Source of the DNA: a virus
Taxonomy: Duplodnaviria; Caudoviricetes
Virus record (IMG/VR): IMGVR_UViG_3300020599_000172
Location: 1-38,773 of that record
DNA length: 38,773 bases
Reading direction: 5' to 3' (one strand)
A program made the position numbers and the translations under genes. Under the pieces are notes generated by a model, which was given only the letters and a program-made list of their open reading frames with translations, was not told where the DNA came from and searched no databases. Shown piece by piece: positions 8,101 through 15,985 of this stretch (position 1 is the first letter of the stretch; each line of letters starts with the position of its first letter).

Positions 8101-11100
8101 AGCCCTTCTCCGAGTGCTGCACCTCGTGGATCTGCTGGGCGAGCGACTCCCGATCGGCGAGCAGATCCCCGTGCTTTTCCCGCATCCGCTGCGCCGCGAG
8201 GTTCTGGGTCCACTTGTCCCTGGCCGGGAGGTTCTGGGACCACACCGCCTCGAACATCTCCCGGGCGCTGGCGAAGCCCAGCTCCGCGGCCAGGTTCTCG
8301 GCAGGCTCGCCCCGCTTCTTCCGCGACTTCTTGAGGAGGATCCCGCGCAGCTCCTTGAGCTGGGGATGGTTCTTCCCCAGCACCGCTTCGGCGGAGTCGC
8401 GATCGATGCGGACCGCCGGCTCGACCTTCTCGCCGTTCAGCTCCGAGAAGCGCAGGTAACGCCAAGCCCTCACCGCCGGCAGGGCGTCGTACTCAGCCTC
8501 GGCCGCCTCGAGCTCTTTCGCGAGCTCCTCCCGATACCAGCGCTCCGCCTCCCGCTTCCGGTCCTCGAGGGCGCGCAAGGCGACCTGCTTTTCCTCCTCG
8601 AGCTCGGCACGGTCCATCGCCGCCTGGTATTCCGCCCAGGCGGCATCATCCATGTACTCGGGCCGCTCGAGCAGGCGCCTGCTGCCGGACCGCTCCCGAG
8701 CGAGCTCGATCTCCGCGTCCGTGGCCAGGAGGCGGTCGAACACCCCGCGCACGTCGTCGGAGAGTTCCACGTCGAGGGCAGCGATCGCGCTGTAGATCCG
8801 CTTCATCCACATCTTGATCCGCCCGAAGGCCCGGCGCAGCGCCGCGGACGGGGCCTTGCCCTCGAACAAGTACGCCTCGAAGCCGCGGGCGAATTGCTCG
8901 TGGTGCTCCCGCTGGATCTGAGAGCGGTCCTCCACCCCGAGCCACCCGAGAAGCTTGGCGAAGTCCTCGCGGATCTGCTCCGGGGCGTCTGACCGCGCCG
9001 CCAGGTCGGCGAACACCTCGAGCATCAGGTGCCCGGTCTCGTGCAGGAACGTGGAGAGGTCGCCCCGCTTGCCGATGGTGATGGTGAAGTCGTTGCCCGC
9101 CCGCTCCATGAAGCCGCGGGCCTTGCCGTCTCTGCGATGCTCGAACTTGCTGGAAGCAGGCGATGGAGATAGCTTGTCGAGCAGGCCCGCTCCCAGTTCG
9201 TCACGACTAAATGTAGGGGCGAGCTGCGTAGCGCCGGATCGAGCACGAACCTCACCGGTTGCATCGGGCCTGCCTTCCTCCCACCCCGTCAGTAGCCACG
9301 TTTTACGCTGCCCGTGCTCGTCGAGCGACAGCACCGCGCGTCCGGTCCCGTACGCCAGCTTGACGGTCTTCTTCTTCTCGGACCAATGCTCGACCGTGCC
9401 GAGAGCCACGGCACGAAGCACCTTCTCGACCACATCCACGCCGCGCCGGGCGCCAATCTTCTGGAGGCCAAACTTCCCGTCGCCCCAAGGGATCGCCACG
9501 TCCGGCGAGCCTCCGAAGGCCTCGAGATCGGGGCGCAGGCCCGTGGCGACGCCCTCCTCTGCCCCGGCGGCAAGCGCCTCGACTGCGCCGCGCACGTTCG
9601 CCAGCTTTGCGCCATCACGGCTCGTCCCACCGTGGTCCGGCTGGTAGAGCACCAGCGCGTTCCCGTCCTGTGCGTAGACCACCGTGTCGGAGAGGAGCTT
9701 GGCGTGCAGCTCCTCCGGCGTCGCCGCCGTCTCGAACATCGTCGTCTGCCGGGGATCCCGGGCCGCCTCGTGCGCCCAGGCACGGAAGCGGGCCTCGAGC
9801 TCGCGGGGCTTGGAGCGATCGAGCAGCGACGCCATCCGAACCACGTCCGGATCTTGCCTCGTCTCGGCGAAGAGGCCTTGCTGCCCGGTGAGCTCCTCGA
9901 GGGTGAGGCCGCGCGCCCGGGCGTCGTTGAGGAGGTCGAGGGCCTGCTGCACCAGCGGGATCGCGCTCGCCGCCGGGTTCACTCCCTCGACGCGCAGGAG
10001 CGGTGCGGCGAGCCGCTCGACCTTCGCCGCGATCGACGGCGCCGTCTTCGCCAGGCGGTCCCCGGAGCCGACCACGCGCCCGAGGAACATCCCCTCGATC
10101 CGGTCCTTCGCTTCATCGGTGAGGTTCGCGCCGGCGAGCCAAGCCGCCTGGTTCTGCGCGGTGATGATGCCGTCGCGGCGCAGGATCTGGACGAGCTCCG
10201 CCGGGCTCTCCCGCATGACCTCGCGCAAGGAGGCGTCGCCGCCGTCCGCGAGCAGCTCGCCGATCGCGGCGACCGTCTCCGGCGACATGGTCTTCGCCTC
10301 TGCCACCGCCCGGGCGCGTGGGGAGAGGGCCTGGGTGAGCCCTTCGTTGGTGCGCCGCACCGCCGCCACCAGGTCGGCCTGGGGAGCGTTTGAGGGCACG
10401 TCGTCGAGGACGCGCACCAGGACCGGCGCCTCCATCCCTTCGACCTTGGCCCGGTCGAGGCCGAAGCCTTCCGCCTTCTCGAGCAGGGCCTCTCGGTACT
10501 TCGCCCGGGCGCCCTCATCCCCGAAGGCACGCAGGAGCATCATCGAGCGGCCGTTGCCGCCGAGGACGATCGCCCGCCCGGCTGCCACCAGCGGGGGGCC
10601 GTCCACGGCCGTGGGCGTGTCGGTGAGGAGCAGCGCCGGGTTCAGCGTGGCCGCGCCCCTGGCGACCTTCGCCTTCTCCTCGGGCTGCCGGTGGTACTCC
10701 CGCTCCTGGACGCCGGCGGGATAGGCCGGGTGCGGCGTGAAGCCGTGCGGATCGTGGGAGGGGATGAGGTCGGCCGCCTCGATCACTGCGTAGTGCGCCC
10801 GCTCGCCCTGGGGGCGCTGCGGCGTGATCACGCGGGTGTCGTTGCCGACTACTCCTTGGCGTCGGGGGCCGGCGAAGCGCTGGCGTCCGGTCCGGGGACG
10901 ATCACTCGGCCCTTGTAGCGAATCGGTCCCGACACCCGCAGCTTCCGCCCCGACTTCAGCATCTCCGTCACCTCGTCGAACGAGACGCTGCGCGTAGGCT
11001 TCTTCGCCGCGGAGGCCTGCTGCTCTTCGGTCGGCTTTGTTCTGGTTGAGGGCTGCGTCGGCATCGGCATCACTTTCTCCCACCCCGAACGAAAAAGGAA

Positions 11101-14100
11101 TCCCATGAAGGATGAATTCCTCCCCGGTCTGCGGGTCCGTCAGTGGGATTTCGATCTGCTCAGCGTTCTCCGCAAGCTTGCGGGCGAATTCCTCCAGGGT
11201 CGCGGCGTCGTCGTGCTGCCCTCTGAACTCGTCTCCTGAGACGTGCGCCGCATCCACGCTCGCCGCGCCCGTGTCCGCTGCGACGATCCCGAGCGCCTGG
11301 AGGATGAGATCGCCGCCCTCGAGGCCGAACCGGGTGTTGAAGTACTTCAGCCCGTCCACGTCGAGGGAGAGCCTCGCCGCCTTGGCCGGGAGCGAGTAGA
11401 ACCCCTGGCCCGTGAGCAAGCCCGACGCCGGCTCGACGAACATCGCCTCGAACGCCTGCTCTTCCGGCATGGCGTCGAAGGCCTCCTCGAGGCCCGCGGG
11501 CAGAGGGCGTGCCGTCGGCGCCGGCGCATCGAACGCCGCCCCTTCGGTGAGCCCAAGGGGCCGCTCCCCGCGCGGCGCCCGCCGCCCTTCCGCCTCGAGC
11601 TGGGCCTTGACCTCACCGTGGGCCTGACCGGCCGCCTCGAACGTCTCCCCGATCGCCCCCGTCACCTGGAGGCCCTGAAGCTCCGGGCGGTCGTTGATGG
11701 CCTCCAGCAGCGCGTCGAGCTCCGCCTGGTCGCGGACGCGCACCGCGAAGTCGCCGCCGATCTTCGCGGCGTCCGGCGCAACCTCTCCGAGGGCCGCCCC
11801 CACCGCGCGGTAGAGGGCATCGCCGGCGACGTGGCTCTCGGTGTCGTTGATGAACTTCGTCCCCTCGACCGACAGGTGGGCGACGAGCGGGCGCTCCGGA
11901 TCGACCGGGAGGGCGTCGAAGCCACGGCGGTTGAGCAGTCCCGTGTTCGTGTCCCGGTAGAAGGCGGCCAGCCGTGTCTCACGGCTCATCTCGTGGAAGG
12001 CGTCGGTGAGCCTCCTCGAGGCCGGCGGGATCTCGTCCTGGGCTGCGAGGATCTCGGGCGCCACCTCGAGCAGCGCTTCCGCCTGCTCCGCAGGCTTGGC
12101 CTTCGCCGCCGGCGGACGCCGCCCCTGGGGTGTCGCCTGCACCCTTCGCCCGGAGCCGGTGATCTTCAGCGTGTACGCCTTGAAGATCTCCTTGGCCGGG
12201 ATCTTGAAGCGCTCCGCCATCACCCGGGCGAAGGCGCGCAAGGGGGCGAGCTGCGCCTGGACGTTCGTCTTCGCCACGCCCGCCGCCTCGAGCTGCGCCT
12301 CGGCCGCCGCCAGGAAGTCCGCCTCCGCGGCCGACTCCGCGGGCACGTTCTCCTGCTCGAAGCGCTTGACCAGCTCCTGCGCCGCCTCCTCGATCGCGGC
12401 GTTCTCCTGGACCAGCTCCGCGGGGGTCCGATGGCCCGGCCGCGTCGCCGCGTGTTGGGCGAGCTCGTCGGCGAAGGGGAGGGCGCCCAGCCGCGACACG
12501 TAGCCTTCGACCGGGATCTCGATCTTCCCGCCGGTGGCTTCCGCCTCAGCAAGCCTGGCTTCGGCGTCCTCGCCCAGGAAGGGCCGGGGATCGACGTTGT
12601 TCTCCTGGAAGAGGCGGAGCACCGGCTCGGCGTCCAGGAAGATGCTGGTCACCTCCTCGCCGCTCTTGGCAGTCTCCACCCGGATCGCCTCTGCGATCGC
12701 GTCCGGCGCCGCCTTGGCGGTGTCGCCCTGGGCGAGCTCGTGGAGCTTCTCCACGACGGCCTGGCTGGAGAGTTCCCGGCCGAGCTGCCGCATCGCCTCC
12801 CTGCGACGCTCGGCGCGCAGCCGCAGGGTCTCCACTCCTGCTTCCCTTGCCGCGCCCACGAGGCCCGGCCCGGCGCCGCCCAGGGCGCCCAGGAAGAAGT
12901 CCCCGAAGGTGCCCTCAAGGAGCGGCACCTGAACCCCGGAACCCGCCGCCGTGCCGGATCGAGTGGCGACCGTCTCCAGGACTTCCTCGGTGCCTTCCTC
13001 GAGAGCGCTGGCCGTCGTCCGCGCCAACGCGGTCACCGCCCGCCCGCGCCCCACGAAGAACCGGGTGGCGGGATGCGCCAACTTGGCGGTGAGCTGCCCG
13101 CCCACCGCGCCCACGGGGGCGGCGAAGGCGGCTGCCCAATCCTCGGCCTGCTGCCGGGTGTGGGCCACCGCCTCCTCGTGGCCCATCCCCCGCGCCCGGG
13201 CGGCCCGGTATACCGACGACTCGTCCGCGATCGCGAAGGTGCCCTCGACCCTGCCGGGCGTGTTCGCCAGGGTGTCGATCGTCTGGCGGGCGTCATCGAC
13301 CGCCGCGCCGGCGGACTGGGCGCCGCCGATGGCGAGGCCCACCCGCCCCGCGACCGCCGCGCTCCCGGCGGCCCACGACATCGCAAGCAGGGGCGCCATC
13401 TGCCCGAAGATCTCGGTGCCGTGCAGGGCGAAGCCGCGCAGGGACGGGGCCTCTCCCAAGCTCCAGGTGGACGGGCGAAACAGGTTGCCCGACGGCGTGG
13501 AGCCTTCAACAGCCCCATGGCCCATCGGAGAAACCCTGGCGTCCCCCTTCTGCGCCTGCCGCTCAATCCAGTCGGCCCACGGGTCGCCGATGTTGGGCAT
13601 TTCGTAGGAGAGCCCGAACGTCTCCAGCGCCGGGTCCGCCACCGCCTGCCCGGCGATTCGCAGTAGCCCGCCGGCACCGCGGAACGCCATCGCGTAGCCC
13701 CTCAGTGCCCCCGCGTTGAGCTTGAACCAGAGGTCCCCGGCGAGATTGGACTCCTGGGAAGAGGCGCTGAGTTGCTGGAGAGCGGCGAGCGAGGGGTCCC
13801 GCATGGCGATCTCGGCCAGGTCGGGATCCCGACGGATCATCGCGTCGAGAACCGGGTTCTCGCGGCGCCACTTCGCCGGGTCGAACTTCGCCGACTCCCA
13901 GGAGCGGGCGAGATCCTCGAGGTTGCGCTCCACGAAGTCCCGAGGGAGCCCCGTTTCCTTGGCGAACCGATGCACCACCGCCTCGGCCGGCAGCGATGTC
14001 ATGGTGGGCATCGACTGCTCGAAGGCGCGGCGCACGAATGCGTTGGCGGCGTTCTCTCCCGCCTGCATCCGCTCGAAGGCTTCGTCGTAGGGGTTGATGG

Positions 14101-14203
14101 AGTAGGGCTGCTCTTCGTAGAGCCGATCGGCCGCGTCCGCGTAGGGGTTGACGGTGGGATCGGTCAGGTCCCGGTTGCCCAGCGTCTCGTCGAAGATCGC
14201 CAT
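5195..14203 (-). CDS. Giant internal virion/ejection polyvalent protein (3002 aa): 2x GGDEF-like, DdrB-ParB-like, PBECR-like RNase, zincin metallopeptidase motif
   Basis: Position of T7 gp16-type genes; motifs DTNTGLLNRRGF/KFINDT.SH.AGD, DVDGLKYFN...SGDEF, YAVIEAADLIPSHD/GNGR, WG...GL..I...WLLTGWE, TFLHETGH...HEQFARGFEAYL. Confidence 0.9.
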   Translation of the reverse strand: MAIFDETLGNRDLTDPTVNPYADAADRLYEEQPYSINPYDEAFERMQAGENAANAFVRRAFEQSMPTMTSLPAEAVVHRFAKETGLPRDFVERNLEDLARSWESAKFDPAKWRRENPVLDAMIRRDPDLAEIAMRDPSLAALQQLSASSQESNLAGDLWFKLNAGALRGYAMAFRGAGGLLRIAGQAVADPALETFGLSYEMPNIGDPWADWIERQAQKGDARVSPMGHGAVEGSTPSGNLFRPSTWSLGEAPSLRGFALHGTEIFGQMAPLLAMSWAAGSAAVAGRVGLAIGGAQSAGAAVDDARQTIDTLANTPGRVEGTFAIADESSVYRAARARGMGHEEAVAHTRQQAEDWAAAFAAPVGAVGGQLTAKLAHPATRFFVGRGRAVTALARTTASALEEGTEEVLETVATRSGTAAGSGVQVPLLEGTFGDFFLGALGGAGPGLVGAAREAGVETLRLRAERRREAMRQLGRELSSQAVVEKLHELAQGDTAKAAPDAIAEAIRVETAKSGEEVTSIFLDAEPVLRLFQENNVDPRPFLGEDAEARLAEAEATGGKIEIPVEGYVSRLGALPFADELAQHAATRPGHRTPAELVQENAAIEEAAQELVKRFEQENVPAESAAEADFLAAAEAQLEAAGVAKTNVQAQLAPLRAFARVMAERFKIPAKEIFKAYTLKITGSGRRVQATPQGRRPPAAKAKPAEQAEALLEVAPEILAAQDEIPPASRRLTDAFHEMSRETRLAAFYRDTNTGLLNRRGFDALPVDPERPLVAHLSVEGTKFINDTESHVAGDALYRAVGAALGEVAPDAAKIGGDFAVRVRDQAELDALLEAINDRPELQGLQVTGAIGETFEAAGQAHGEVKAQLEAEGRRAPRGERPLGLTEGAAFDAPAPTARPLPAGLEEAFDAMPEEQAFEAMFVEPASGLLTGQGFYSLPAKAARLSLDVDGLKYFNTRFGLEGGDLILQALGIVAADTGAASVDAAHVSGDEFRGQHDDAATLEEFARKLAENAEQIEIPLTDPQTGEEFILHGIPFSFGVGESDADADAALNQNKADRRAAGLRGEEAYAQRLVRRGDGDAEVGAEAAGVGTDSLQGPSDRPRTGRQRFAGPRRQGVVGNDTRVITPQRPQGERAHYAVIEAADLIPSHDPHGFTPHPAYPAGVQEREYHRQPEEKAKVARGAATLNPALLLTDTPTAVDGPPLVAAGRAIVLGGNGRSMMLLRAFGDEGARAKYREALLEKAEGFGLDRAKVEGMEAPVLVRVLDDVPSNAPQADLVAAVRRTNEGLTQALSPRARAVAEAKTMSPETVAAIGELLADGGDASLREVMRESPAELVQILRRDGIITAQNQAAWLAGANLTDEAKDRIEGMFLGRVVGSGDRLAKTAPSIAAKVERLAAPLLRVEGVNPAASAIPLVQQALDLLNDARARGLTLEELTGQQGLFAETRQDPDVVRMASLLDRSKPRELEARFRAWAHEAARDPRQTTMFETAATPEELHAKLLSDTVVYAQDGNALVLYQPDHGGTSRDGAKLANVRGAVEALAAGAEEGVATGLRPDLEAFGGSPDVAIPWGDGKFGLQKIGARRGVDVVEKVLRAVALGTVEHWSEKKKTVKLAYGTGRAVLSLDEHGQRKTWLLTGWEEGRPDATGEVRARSGATQLAPTFSRDELGAGLLDKLSPSPASSKFEHRRDGKARGFMERAGNDFTITIGKRGDLSTFLHETGHLMLEVFADLAARSDAPEQIREDFAKLLGWLGVEDRSQIQREHHEQFARGFEAYLFEGKAPSAALRRAFGRIKMWMKRIYSAIAALDVELSDDVRGVFDRLLATDAEIELARERSGSRRLLERPEYMDDAAWAEYQAAMDRAELEEEKQVALRALEDRKREAERWYREELAKELEAAEAEYDALPAVRAWRYLRFSELNGEKVEPAVRIDRDSAEAVLGKNHPQLKELRGILLKKSRKKRGEPAENLAAELGFASAREMFEAVWSQNLPARDKWTQNLAAQRMREKHGDLLADRESLAQQIHEVQHSEKGYGDAILRELVSLGATSGSRTVPVEAIKRAARQIVARTPVGKLSPRRALLEERRAADRFQKALLARDWGAATKAKQQQLLNHFLYRELVAAEKARDAFTKTVGELNDNKRRARIGVANPELRDLIDGLLVQLGARPDDPDLPAFAGIGALSGILADIGITPVYDQGRVARILFEQAKGPDWRKLSVEDLAEVHATLLQAKKAGIVVSEFFVEGRRQYFHDFAGEVRQQATAIRDRGLSPKDEAFEAEAWGRKLRRIGFISGYKNIELIFEQLGQKAHSMFRRFLEAQIEEKRLADEVTVDFMKAWDALPEEMQERRYEAVDSSMLPVAGRTRRDETPTTREWMWMLFLNWGNEGNRQRLLDGFGWTEEQVLGFLQANLTKEEADFLQGILAITERLRPHMEKVHERVNGIRPGRVPNAPFTLRLADGQSVHYAGGYFPIRMDTQARDPSSGMIAARQADAGVQDSRSSAAAAVAKGFTKSRARRFDGTLSLEWGTVPAHLSQVIHYIAFEEFVRDMNRLLAQDAFLEAVERRLGRPYIDRLREWTKAVAESQDASVSGFTNFMLGGLGKARSAFVFSALAYNVRSWGADILQVATPLITGEVSARSLSASLRHGTPLAYRRLRQEALALSPELQKRAANLRETLQHKMREVGRKGNTKRRREGWTKVFNPVTKAYEPVRRVEDFIIDHSFIIQEELDAYTSTIIWDAARNDYLAAAAKRSKTGEPTAEDEARAIQHADDVVRKHQPSATALEQSALLRDRKGIGSLLAMFGFFNQLGNIVLRLMGEADTPAGRARAYGKAFALLLATNVLGSFLVGDGPEEDEGWDEWATRKALTAPFIVVPFVGWAAEEAAGRVTTFAWHGKAKHRRFSLAVSPMFAAGERFINALGKAAASDEPEEKVGAVLEAYGSVRGLPVTQGKRTGGAAWKMYTGELEPRDPLEAGDLLLFGDSPYRGASPLSVGSDVISGER
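9147..9175 (+). promoter_or_regulatory. Putative sigma70 promoter antisense within giant gene
   Basis: TTGCTG(9147-9152)-17 nt-TAGCTT(9170-9175), in a patch where the host ORF uses atypical AT-ending codons. Confidence 0.5.
9181..9273 (+). ncRNA. Candidate structured antisense small RNA nested in giant gene
   Basis: Perfect 9-bp closing stem GCAGGCCCG/CGGGCCTGC starting at predicted TSS; internal hairpin and possible pseudoknot. Confidence 0.45.
10849..11070 (-). CDS. Nested out-of-frame small protein (73 aa, MPMPTQPSTR...) inside giant gene
   Basis: GGAG 6 nt before ATG; about 10 of 73 codons end in A/T in this frame versus about 33 of 74 in the giant ORF frame (hand count). Confidence 0.65.
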   Translation of the reverse strand: MPMPTQPSTRTKPTEEQQASAAKKPTRSVSFDEVTEMLKSGRKLRVSGPIRYKGRVIVPGPDASASPAPDAKE

Positions 14204-15982
14204 CTAGCGGTTGCCTCGGTGGAAGTCGTAGAGCCTGCGGATCTCTTCTTCGGTGACGGGCACACCCCTCGCCTGCAAGGTCGCGACGATCATGTCGCGG
14301 TCGTGCTGGGGGATGTCGGCGTTCGCCGAAGCCGCAGGGGATGGCGCTGGAGCAGCAGGCGAAGTCGAAGCCTCGCCCGGCACCGTGGGCGCTGGGATCC
14401 CTTCCCCGCTCCGGAACGCCTCCCGGCGCGCCGCCGCATCCGCCTGCCCTGCGGGAATGGTGGAGTCGCGGATCCACCCCTCCTTGAGCACGCCGTTCGC
14501 CAGCCGGTCCCGTGCGGCCTGGGCCTGTTCGGTCGTGGGGGGCTTGCCGCCGTTCGCCTCACGAATGGCCGCGTAGGAGCGACGCAACTCCGCCGCGTAG
14601 GCGTCCCGATCGTCGTCCTTGGTAAGGATGCCCTGCATGTCGGCCATGCCGGCGGCGACGAAGGAGTTCTCGCCCACGTTGTCGCCCTTGGCGTTGGCGT
14701 CGATCTGCTTTCGCTGCTCTCGTTGCAGCGTCGCCAACCCCATCTCGTCCACGCCTCGACCAAAGGCCCACTCGTCGAGGTTCAGGCTGGCCCGCTGCTC
14801 CGCCGGCAGCCCTTGGAAGGTGAGGAGCGCCACCTTGTTGGCGCGGTCCTGCGCCTGCTTTGCCTGCTTGTCGCCCTTCGCCTGGCGCCACTTCGCTTCC
14901 GCTTCGGAGCGGAACTTCGCCTCGATGTCGGGAGCGTTGCGGTTGAACCAGTCCATGTCGGCCTGGGGGATCGCGCGCAGCCCGCCGCGCGTGAAGCGCG
15001 CCCGCGCCACCTCATACCGCTGGGTGATGAGCGCCCGCTTCCCGTCCTCGGCCACCCGCAGGCCGTGGAGGAGGTGCCCCCGGACTGCCTCACGCTTCAC
15101 GGGATCGGAGATGGCCTCGAGGCTCCCGAGCGCCTTGGCCTCGTCCACCCAGTCGTTCTCGCCGCCGCGAGCACCGGCGAGGATCCGATCAGCCTCGACG
15201 AGCGCTTCCCTCTTCCTCGCGATCGCCGCGATCCCCGCCCGTGCCTTGTCCGCCTCCGGCCCCATCGCCTCGCCGAAGCGCTCGAGGAATGCCTGGGCGC
15301 CGGCCGCGTCCTCGGTGTCGAGGTAGCGCTGGAGCGTGCCGGCGAGGGTGTCCCGCTGGAACTTCGTCACCACCCGATCGATCGCTTCCTGAGGCAGCCC
15401 CTTCACGTCTCGCAGGTAGCGAACCAACACCCCGGGGCCGCCGTCCGGATCGTGCAGGACCTTCATCATCGCGGAGTGCACCGCGTCGTGGTCCTGGTAG
15501 TTCTCCCGGGCCTCGTCCATGGCGAACTGCGTCTGCCCTTCGGCGACCTGGCCCTGGATGACGCCCCACTGGCCGAAGGAGTGCTTCTCCCACCGCTCCC
15601 GGGTCTGCTCGATGCGGGCCAGCGCCCGGGTCCGGAACATCTCCCGCTGCCGATCGCTGGCCAGGCCCTTGGAGATCTGGGCTACGGCGCGGTTCACGTC
15701 CTCGAACCGAGTGGAGTAGTCGAGGGCGTTCTCGCCCTGCTGGTGGAGGAAGCCGTCCTCCCCCCACGACGCGCCGCTGAGGACCTTCCCCAGCTCGAGG
15801 TCGGCGGCGTCGACGCGCACCCGGTCCGCCCGCTCCTGGGCATCGATGGCGATCTTGAGCGCCGCCGAGCCGAGACGCTGCACCCCGGCGCCCAGCTCGG
15901 CCGTGCCGGTCGGTGCCGGTCGGACCGTCGGGGTCGGGAGCGCTGCCGAGCGGGCGCGCGATTCGTAGACGGGAACGCGCAT
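14204..15982 (-). CDS. Internal virion/ejection protein (T7 gp15-like position, 592 aa)
   Basis: MRVPVYE N-terminus, helical Ala/Glu/Arg-rich; synteny between gp14-like and giant gene. Confidence 0.75.
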   Translation of the reverse strand: MRVPVYESRARSAALPTPTVRPAPTGTAELGAGVQRLGSAALKIAIDAQERADRVRVDAADLELGKVLSGASWGEDGFLHQQGENALDYSTRFEDVNRAVAQISKGLASDRQREMFRTRALARIEQTRERWEKHSFGQWGVIQGQVAEGQTQFAMDEARENYQDHDAVHSAMMKVLHDPDGGPGVLVRYLRDVKGLPQEAIDRVVTKFQRDTLAGTLQRYLDTEDAAGAQAFLERFGEAMGPEADKARAGIAAIARKREALVEADRILAGARGGENDWVDEAKALGSLEAISDPVKREAVRGHLLHGLRVAEDGKRALITQRYEVARARFTRGGLRAIPQADMDWFNRNAPDIEAKFRSEAEAKWRQAKGDKQAKQAQDRANKVALLTFQGLPAEQRASLNLDEWAFGRGVDEMGLATLQREQRKQIDANAKGDNVGENSFVAAGMADMQGILTKDDDRDAYAAELRRSYAAIREANGGKPPTTEQAQAARDRLANGVLKEGWIRDSTIPAGQADAAARREAFRSGEGIPAPTVPGEASTSPAAPAPSPAASANADIPQHDRDMIVATLQARGVPVTEEEIRRLYDFHRGNR

Positions 15983-15985
15983 GTC

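Noticed and set aside
9025-9264. Alternative nested ORF MQPVRFVLDP... after the PBECR domain
   Set aside because: Codons not clearly host-like (CTA, TTA, CAT) and SD too distant; the promoter-plus-stem explanation fits better, though it is not excluded
11030-11960. GGDEF-like palm domains as Cas10 or a polymerase
   Set aside because: Motifs match the diguanylate cyclase pattern (D.D..K..N...G...GD; xGDEF), not GGDD; no CRISPR context
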